Positions 57,734 through 64,000 of a stretch of DNA of 64,000 nt are shown one piece after another; position 1 is the stretch's first letter, and each line of letters begins with the position of its first letter. This DNA comes from an uncultured Clostridia bacterium. GTDB taxonomy: Bacteria > Bacillota > Clostridia > TANB77 > CAG-508. The DNA lies in the NCBI GenBank assembly GCA_944386385.1, contig CALXAV010000002.1, forward strand, positions 65,366 through 129,365, written 5' to 3'. The notes beneath the pieces were generated by a model. That model worked only from the letters and a program-made list of their open reading frames with translations, was not told the origin of the DNA and ran no database searches. A program made the position numbers and the translations under genes.

Positions 57734-58645
57734 ATGAAAGATTATTTTGGATATAAAGATAAAGTATGTGTAGTTACAGGAGCATCTAGTGGAATGGGTG
57801 AAGCTACAGCAAGAATGCTTGTAGATTTAGGAGCAAAAGTCTATGCAATAGATATGAATAAATGTAAAGTGGATTGGATTACAGAATTTATAAAATGTAA
57901 TTTGGCAAGCAAAGAAGAAATAGACGAAGCTTTCAAGAAAATCCCAAGTCACATAGATGCATTTTTTGGTGTAGCAGGACTTTCTGGTTCTAAAACAGAT
58001 TATAGAACAACATTTGATTGTAACTATACAGCTAATATGTATATCACATTAAATTATCTAAAAAATAGAATGAGTAAAGGTGGTGCAATTGTATATTGTA
58101 CTTCTACAGCAGGGTTAGAATGGAAGAAATTTAAAAGAGAACAAAATAAAGTAGTACACTCAAAAACTTGGGAAGAAGTACAAGAAGCAACTAAAAAATT
58201 AACTAATTCTGCACCTTCAACATTTGCATATATGTATTCTAAAAGATGTTTATTACAATTTGCATGTGAACAAGCAGTAGAATTTGCAACACTAGGTATT
58301 AGAGTAAATAATGTATTACCAGGATCAACAGATACAGGAATGAAACAAGAATTTCAAGATATGGTAGGAGGAGAAGAAGCATTAATTGCTGAAGCAGGAC
58401 TAGCTGGAAGACTTGCAACATCAGAAGAAATGGCAGCACCTATGGTGTTCTTAAATTCAGATATGGCATCATTTACATCTGGATTAGATATGGTAGTAGA
58501 TTATACAGATACATGTTTAAAAGTTTTAGGAAAGAAGAAAAACTTAGAAGCAATATCTGCAACAAACCCAATAATTTGTGCATTAGCTAAAAAGATGATG
58601 AATAAATCAGCTAAAAATGCATTAAATTCTGGAAAGGAAAATTAG
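57734..58645 (+). CDS. SDR-family oxidoreductase
   Basis: 'VVTGASSGMG', 'YMYSK' catalytic motif. Confidence 0.8.
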   Translation: MKDYFGYKDKVCVVTGASSGMGEATARMLVDLGAKVYAIDMNKCKVDWITEFIKCNLASKEEIDEAFKKIPSHIDAFFGVAGLSGSKTDYRTTFDCNYTANMYITLNYLKNRMSKGGAIVYCTSTAGLEWKKFKREQNKVVHSKTWEEVQEATKKLTNSAPSTFAYMYSKRCLLQFACEQAVEFATLGIRVNNVLPGSTDTGMKQEFQDMVGGEEALIAEAGLAGRLATSEEMAAPMVFLNSDMASFTSGLDMVVDYTDTCLKVLGKKKNLEAISATNPIICALAKKMMNKSAKNALNSGKEN

Positions 58646-58647
58646 TT

Positions 58648-59445
58648 TTGGAATATGCAACTTTAAATAATGGATTGAAAATGCCTAAAATAGGTCTAGG
58701 GATTTATAATTTAAATGATGAGGATGTAATAGTAAAAGCAATTGATGATATTGGTTATAGATTAATAGATACAGCTAGAATGTATGGTAATGAAAAAATC
58801 TTAGGAAGAGCAATTAAAAGATGTAAAACGCCAAGAGAGGAACTTTTCATAACATCAAAAGTATATGGACCAGATAGGGGATATGAAAGAACAAAATTTG
58901 CAATTGAAGATTCTTTAAAAAACTTACAACTTGATTATATAGATTTAATGCTTATTCATGAGCCATATGATGAAGGAACAGAAATGTATAAAGCTTTAGA
59001 AGAAGCTTTACAAGAAGGAAAAGTAAAATCAATTGGTATTTCTAATTATAATAAAAGTGAGTATTTAGATTTATTAGAACACTGCAATATAGTTCCTGCT
59101 GTAAATCAAGTTGAAGCACATGTGTTTTATACAAGGAAAGAACTTCAAAAAGTCTTAGAAGAACATGGAACTGTTATGGAAGCATGGAGTCCACTAGCTA
59201 GCGGAAAAAATAATATTTTTACTAATAAAGTTTTAGTAGAAGTGGGAGAAAAATATAAAAAGTCTGTTGCTCAAATTGCTTTAAAATATCTGTTAGCTAG
59301 AAATATGGTAATAATACCAAAATCATCTAATTTAGATAGGTTAAAACAAAATATAGATTTATTTGATTTTGAATTTAATAAAGAAGATATAGAAAAAATG
59401 GAAACATTAGAAAATGGAATATCTTTATTTGGTTGGTATGATTAA
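58648..59445 (+). CDS. aldo/keto reductase (2,5-diketo-D-gluconate reductase-like)
   Basis: 'TLNNGLKMPKIGLG', 'IDTARMYGNE', 'LMLIHEP'; TTG start assumed. Confidence 0.8.
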   Translation: MEYATLNNGLKMPKIGLGIYNLNDEDVIVKAIDDIGYRLIDTARMYGNEKILGRAIKRCKTPREELFITSKVYGPDRGYERTKFAIEDSLKNLQLDYIDLMLIHEPYDEGTEMYKALEEALQEGKVKSIGISNYNKSEYLDLLEHCNIVPAVNQVEAHVFYTRKELQKVLEEHGTVMEAWSPLASGKNNIFTNKVLVEVGEKYKKSVAQIALKYLLARNMVIIPKSSNLDRLKQNIDLFDFEFNKEDIEKMETLENGISLFGWYD

Positions 59446-59579
59446 AATAGATGCTAGTTTATTTGGCTAGCACCTATTTTTTATAATTAAAATCTATTTC
59501 TTTTTTGCTTAAAATTTTAAAAAATGTTAAAAATAAGAATAAGGCGAAAAATATAGCAAAAAACAAAGGAGGAGATGAG

Positions 59580-60554
59580 TTGATATTAGAAATAATACTT
59601 ATAGTAGCAGGATTTATCTTGTTAATAAAAGGAGCTGATTTATTAGTAAGTGCTGCTGCAAGTATTGCAAAGAGATTTAATTTATCAGAAATGTTAATTG
59701 GCTTAACGGTAGTAGCAATAGGAACATCACTTCCAGAGATATTTATAACAATTACCTCTTCTATAGATGGACATACTGATTTAATAATTAGTAATGCCAT
59801 TGGTAGTTGTGTATGTAATTTTTTGTTTGTAATAGGTTTAACAAGTTTAATAGGAACAGTAAAATTAGATAAAAGGATTATAAATGTTCATTTGCCAATT
59901 AGTATTGCTGCAATGGTGTTAATTTTGTTTTTAGGAAATACAAAAAAACTTGGAGAAGTTGGAATCATCAGTAGAGGACAAGGAGTGGTACTTCTTTTAT
60001 GTGCAATAATATATATTTTTTATACAGTATATGAGGAAAAGAAAATAAAAGATAAAAAACTAGATGAAGAAATTGTTAAAGAAGTAAAAGAAATAGAGAA
60101 GAAATCAAAATCTATAGGGAGAATTATATTATTTATTATATTAGGTTTATTAGGACTTAAATTTGGCTCAGATTTTGTTGTAGAAAATAGTGTGTTGATT
60201 GCTAGTGATTTAGGTTTTTCTGAAAGTTTTATTGGAGCTACAATAGTAGCACTAGGTACAGCACTTCCTGAAATTGTAACTGGAATTATATCAGCAAAAA
60301 GAGGCGAAACTGATTTATTATTAGGAAATATAACAGGTTCTAATATCATAAATTTATTCTTATTAATAGGTTTAGGAGCTTCAATAAATCCTTTAATGTT
60401 TGATACAGAATTTAACAGAAGTTTACTAATTTTAATTGCTGTAACAATAGTATTACAATTAATAGGAATTTTTAGTAAAAAGAGTAAAGTAAATAGATTA
60501 ACAGGAGCTATTTTAATACTTGGATATGTACTATATGTATGGAGCATGGTATAA
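59580..60554 (+). CDS. Ca2+/Na+ antiporter (CaCA/YrbG family)
   Basis: Two alpha-repeats 'GLTVVAIGTSLPE' and 'GATIVALGTALPE'; AAAGGAGGAG before TTG 59580. Confidence 0.8.
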   Translation: MILEIILIVAGFILLIKGADLLVSAAASIAKRFNLSEMLIGLTVVAIGTSLPEIFITITSSIDGHTDLIISNAIGSCVCNFLFVIGLTSLIGTVKLDKRIINVHLPISIAAMVLILFLGNTKKLGEVGIISRGQGVVLLLCAIIYIFYTVYEEKKIKDKKLDEEIVKEVKEIEKKSKSIGRIILFIILGLLGLKFGSDFVVENSVLIASDLGFSESFIGATIVALGTALPEIVTGIISAKRGETDLLLGNITGSNIINLFLLIGLGASINPLMFDTEFNRSLLILIAVTIVLQLIGIFSKKSKVNRLTGAILILGYVLYVWSMV

Positions 60555-60666
60555 TAGTAAAGGAAAAGAAGGTGTAAAATATGCTTTTAAACAAATGAAA
60601 TATTTTATATCTGTAGTAAAAAATAATAATTCACAAATGTAACAGAAGAATGCTATATTTTATAAT

Positions 60667-60849
60667 TTGGTATATCACATTTCAGGAAAAATAATAAAAC
60701 CATTTTGCACAAATGAAGGCTCAGGAATGGAAAGTAGTGAAAACGATTTAAAAAGAATTTGTAAAGGTGGAAAATTAGAAAAGGGTCTTGCAATAAGAGG
60801 AAGTACAGTAAATAGCGCTAAGGAAAAAGTCGAGAATTGGATTTTATAG
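60667..60849 (+). pseudogene. flavodoxin-family C-terminal remnant
   Basis: 'GKIIKPFCTNEGSG...ENWI' matches only the last third of the 20864 and 25784 paralogs. Confidence 0.5.
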
Positions 60850-60986
60850 TAAAAAATATGAAAAAAGAAATGAGTTTGTAATACTAAAGAAATATTAGTG
60901 TTACAGACTTTTTTTCAAAATTGATATATAATACAAATATAATAAGCCTTAAAATGTGAATTTTAAGTAAAAAATATTTAAATCTC

Positions 60987-61017
60987 TTGACTTAGAGTTA
61001 ACTCTACATGATATAAA
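60987..61017 (+). promoter_or_regulatory. MerR-type promoter upstream of larC
   Basis: TTGACT, 19 nt containing the perfect dyad TAGAGTTAACTCTA, TATAAA. Confidence 0.5.
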
Positions 61018-61059
61018 TATAAAAAAAGGAATAGTAGCGAAGAAGGGAATGGTAACTAA

Positions 61060-62250
61060 ATGAAAGTTTTATATTTTGATTGCTCAAGTGGTATTAGTGG
61101 AAATATGACTTTAGGAGCATTAACTGAAATAATAGATGATGAAAATTACTTAATAAATGAATTAAAAAAATTAAATGTAGATGGATATAAAATAGAAATA
61201 TCAAAGAAAGTAAAAAATGGAATTACAGGAACATATGTAGATGTAATTCTAGAACATGAACATCATCATGACCACGAACACGAACATGAGCATCACCATC
61301 ACCACGAACATAGAAATTTAAATGATGTAAATAAAATAATTGATGAAAGTTCTTTAGATGACAATGTAAAAGATTTAGCTAAGAAAATATTTATAAGAGT
61401 TGCTAAAGCTGAAAGTAAAGTACATAATAAACCATTAGAAGAGGTACATTTTCATGAAGTAGGTGCAATAGATTCTATTGTAGATATTGTAGGTACAGCA
61501 ATATTAATTAACAAAATAAATCCGGATAAAGTAATATCAAGTATTGTAAATGATGGATACGGTTTTATAGAATGTGCACATGGTAAAATGGCGGTTCCAG
61601 TACCAGCAACTAGTGAAATATTTACCGATGCTGGGGTGAAATTTAGACAAATAGATATTGATACAGAATTAGTAACTCCAACAGGAGCTGCAATAATAGC
61701 TGAACTATCAGATGAATTTAAAGTTATGCCTGCTATGAACGTAGAAAAGATAGGTTGGGGTGCAGGATATAAAGATATAGAAATACCAAATGTTTTAAAG
61801 GTCTATTTAGGAGAAATAGAAGAAAAGGAAGATGGTATTTATATTATGGAGACAAATATTGATGATTGCTCAGGAGAAGTTTTAGGCTATACTTCAGAAA
61901 TTTTATTTAATTCAGGAGCTTTAGATGTATTTTTTACACCAATATTTATGAAGAAAAATAGACCAGCATACAGATTAACAGTTGCTTGTAAAAAAGAGAA
62001 TATGGAAAAATTACAAAATATAATTTTTAGAGAAACAACGACAATAGGAATAAGATATCGTTTTGAAGAAAGAAAAGTATTAGAAAGAAAAAATCTTGAA
62101 ATAGATACAAAGTATGGAAAACTAAAGGTGAAAAAAGTAGTAAATAATGGAGAAGAATATGTTTATCCTGAATTTGAAAGTATGAAAGAACTAGCAAAGA
62201 AGAATGATATACCTTTAAAACAATTATATAAATTAGAAGAATTAATGTAA
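61060..62250 (+). CDS. larC: nickel insertion protein LarC (DUF111)
   Basis: 'MKVLYFDC.SGISGNM.LGAL', His-rich tract, 'FHEVGA.DSIVDIVG'. Confidence 0.85.
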   Translation: MKVLYFDCSSGISGNMTLGALTEIIDDENYLINELKKLNVDGYKIEISKKVKNGITGTYVDVILEHEHHHDHEHEHEHHHHHEHRNLNDVNKIIDESSLDDNVKDLAKKIFIRVAKAESKVHNKPLEEVHFHEVGAIDSIVDIVGTAILINKINPDKVISSIVNDGYGFIECAHGKMAVPVPATSEIFTDAGVKFRQIDIDTELVTPTGAAIIAELSDEFKVMPAMNVEKIGWGAGYKDIEIPNVLKVYLGEIEEKEDGIYIMETNIDDCSGEVLGYTSEILFNSGALDVFFTPIFMKKNRPAYRLTVACKKENMEKLQNIIFRETTTIGIRYRFEERKVLERKNLEIDTKYGKLKVKKVVNNGEEYVYPEFESMKELAKKNDIPLKQLYKLEELM

Positions 62251-62338
62251 CCTATTATAAGGTTAATTGTATATTAATTATAGTATTAAAATAAATCTTT
62301 ATTTTGAAACGATAAAAATATATACAAGGAGAATTGGT

Positions 62339-63685
62339 ATGAGTAAAAGAGGAAAACGTAGGACAAAGAAAAAAAGTTATCAAAAAAGAAATAGAACTGT
62401 TTTAGTTCTTTTGGCATTAGTGTTGATTTTGATATATATAATAATTCAAAAAAGGGAAGATGAATCTTATGCAAGTATGACATCTGCGTCTATAGGAGAC
62501 ATAATAGATGTAATTGAACGTGGACAAGCTGATGTTAGTAGATATATAGTTTATGGAACGCATTTTAATATAGAAGGAAGTTTAGATATTACTAATCCTG
62601 AAATAGATGATGTACAAGTAGTTGCGAAGAAATCATCTGGAGAAGAAATCACGGTAGATACTACATATGAATATGAAAGAGGAGAAATTTCCTTTTCTAC
62701 ATTAGATAAAATCAATACAGGCTTGGATTTGGAAACTCTAGATAGAGATAACTATTATATATTATTAAAAGTAACAAGTTCAAATGGGCAGATGAACTAT
62801 TATTCTTTATCAAATGATACAGAATATACTGACCCAATAAATTATTATACTTTAACAAGAAATAATTCAAATAATAAAATAAATATAAGTTTTCTAACAC
62901 AGAATAGTGTATCAGCATTAGTATTAAGTGTTGAAAAAGTTTCTAAACTTCCTGATGATGTTTATGATGTAGTAATAGATCCAGGACATGGTGGAAATGA
63001 TACAGGAGCGATTTCAGGAAGATATCAAGAAGATGAAATTGTTCTTGAAAATGGTTTAGAATTAAAGAAAAAACTAGAGCATTTAGGACTAAAAGTATTA
63101 ATTACTAGAGATGGCACTGAAACAGATGAATATGATACATATAATATATATGACGAAGATGGAAGAGTAACAATGGCAAATGAATCAGGAGCCAAAATAC
63201 TTATTTCTTTACATATGAATAGTAATGAGTCTGATTTTGTTGATGGTGGAGTAGAAGTATATGCAGCACCTAATATGGACTTAAGCTTAGCTAAATCATT
63301 TGCAGATAATATTGTAGAAGAAGCAGATACTACATATTCTGAAATGAAAACAGATAAAGAAGAAGATGGAGTATATGTACGTACAATAGAAATACAAAAT
63401 CGTAATTCTGCAACATTTAGAGGCTATAAAGGAATATATGATTCTATACCATATTTATTTATAATAAGAGAAATTGGAGGGATATCAACAGGAGCATATG
63501 TAAATGGGTCTAATTCAAGTTATGGTGAAAATATATATCGTAATTCAAATGTAGGAGTAGAAGGATATTTAATAGAACTTGGATATATGAATGTAAATAC
63601 TGATTTAAGAAATGTGCTAAATAATGGCGATTCATACATGCAAGCAATAACAGACAGTATAAATTCTTATTATAAAATTAAATAA
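62339..63685 (+). CDS. membrane-anchored N-acetylmuramoyl-L-alanine amidase (Amidase_3)
   Basis: 'VVIDPGHGGNDTGA', 'LISLHMNS'; AAGGAG RBS before ATG 62339. Confidence 0.8.
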   Translation: MSKRGKRRTKKKSYQKRNRTVLVLLALVLILIYIIIQKREDESYASMTSASIGDIIDVIERGQADVSRYIVYGTHFNIEGSLDITNPEIDDVQVVAKKSSGEEITVDTTYEYERGEISFSTLDKINTGLDLETLDRDNYYILLKVTSSNGQMNYYSLSNDTEYTDPINYYTLTRNNSNNKINISFLTQNSVSALVLSVEKVSKLPDDVYDVVIDPGHGGNDTGAISGRYQEDEIVLENGLELKKKLEHLGLKVLITRDGTETDEYDTYNIYDEDGRVTMANESGAKILISLHMNSNESDFVDGGVEVYAAPNMDLSLAKSFADNIVEEADTTYSEMKTDKEEDGVYVRTIEIQNRNSATFRGYKGIYDSIPYLFIIREIGGISTGAYVNGSNSSYGENIYRNSNVGVEGYLIELGYMNVNTDLRNVLNNGDSYMQAITDSINSYYKIK

Positions 63686-63715
63686 AAACAATTTAATTGG
63701 TAGGTGATTTGAGTA

Positions 63716-63815
63716 AGTGCCAATTGAAGTGAATCGATTGGCACTAAGGACCATCCCCTTTTATTTTCATACAGGAGTTGCTTAAAACTTAGGTTTTAGG
63801 CAACTCTATTTCTTA
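63716..63815 (+). repeat. two-hairpin intergenic module, copy 4
   Basis: AGTGCCAAT..ATTGGCACT, CATCCCCTTTTATTTTCA, hairpin AGTTGCTTAAAAC..GTTTTAGGCAACT. Confidence 0.7.
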
Positions 63816-63910
63816 TAAAATTAGAATTAAATTTCAATTCCCTGGAAAAGAAAGGAAAACTGTGATACAATATCACTATATTAAATTATATAAAAGGATG
63901 TTGTATTTAA

Positions 63911-64000
63911 ATGAACAAAAAAATATATAAAGAACCTATAAAAGCAGAAACGGAAACGACTATAAACGTAATATATGATATGGAAAAATTATGTGTGTAT
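63911..64000 (+). CDS. hypothetical protein, 3' end outside window
   Basis: ATG with weak RBS, open to the window edge. Confidence 0.3.
   Translation, partial: MNKKIYKEPIKAETETTINVIYDMEKLCVY

Noticed and set aside
60020-60547. 175-aa minus-strand ORF inside the CaCA antiporter gene
   Set aside because: It is antisense to a gene with both alpha-repeat signatures, and its composition is typical of a wrong-frame artefact.
61255-61315. CAT/CAC/GAA/GAC-rich repetitive stretch
   Set aside because: It encodes the His/Glu/Asp-rich metal-binding tract typical of LarC. It is neither a microsatellite nor a CRISPR-like repeat.
1-64000. Prophage, conjugative machinery, rRNA/tRNA genes or a classical defence island (RM, CBASS, Thoeris and similar)
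   Set aside because: I recognised no capsid, tail, terminase, relaxase or T4SS genes, no methyltransferase/restriction pairs, no cyclases and no cloverleaf-like or rRNA-like sequence while reading either strand.

Overview
AT-rich (by eye under 30% G+C) Firmicutes/Clostridia-type chromosomal segment. Supporting signs are Spo0A-type domains, a Tyr T-box in front of tyrS, ECF sigma/anti-sigma pairs and many small N-terminally anchored proteins. I saw no rRNA, tRNA or CRISPR array. Most of the window is accessory: redox enzymes (three flavodoxin-type genes, three aldo/keto reductases, one SDR), regulators (LysR, TetR, HxlR, XRE, BlaI-like), transporters, larC and a cell-wall amidase. Mobile DNA: (1) an IS1634-family IS (8658-10747) with perfect 18-bp terminal inverted repeats and a 92-bp direct duplication; (2) a TnpB-only IS200/IS605-family element (about 29872-31252) cleanly splitting a Nudix hydrolase gene; (3) a large-serine-recombinase element whose right junction truncates a rhuM/Fic gene at about 15321. 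Two single-gene G+C-rich islands (4.3-5.45 kb, a Tat-signal SH3b-repeat protein; 18.9-19.8 kb, an orphan PurC-like gene) sit in the AT-rich background. Candidate novel systems, best first: (a) a radical-SAM enzyme fused to a degenerate receiver domain, convergent with an orphan Spo0A-like regulator (6.6-8.5 kb); (b) a tightly coupled macrodomain / SIR2 (SirTM-like) / DUF1848 / DUF1905 operon beside an Rpn nuclease (48.1-52.0 kb); (c) a MazF/EndoA-type toxin with an 85-aa C-terminal extension and no MazE, preceded by a structured non-coding stretch, inside the recombinase element; (d) a candidate type I toxin-antitoxin locus (32.0-32.26 kb); (e) a family of covarying GC-rich palindromes around, and inside, a DUF1016/YhcG nuclease gene (54.85-56.2 kb). 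At least eight genes carry single-base frame disruptions, mostly in homopolymer runs, so sequence quality must be checked before calling them pseudogenes. All family names come from reading motifs by eye and memory; no searches were run.
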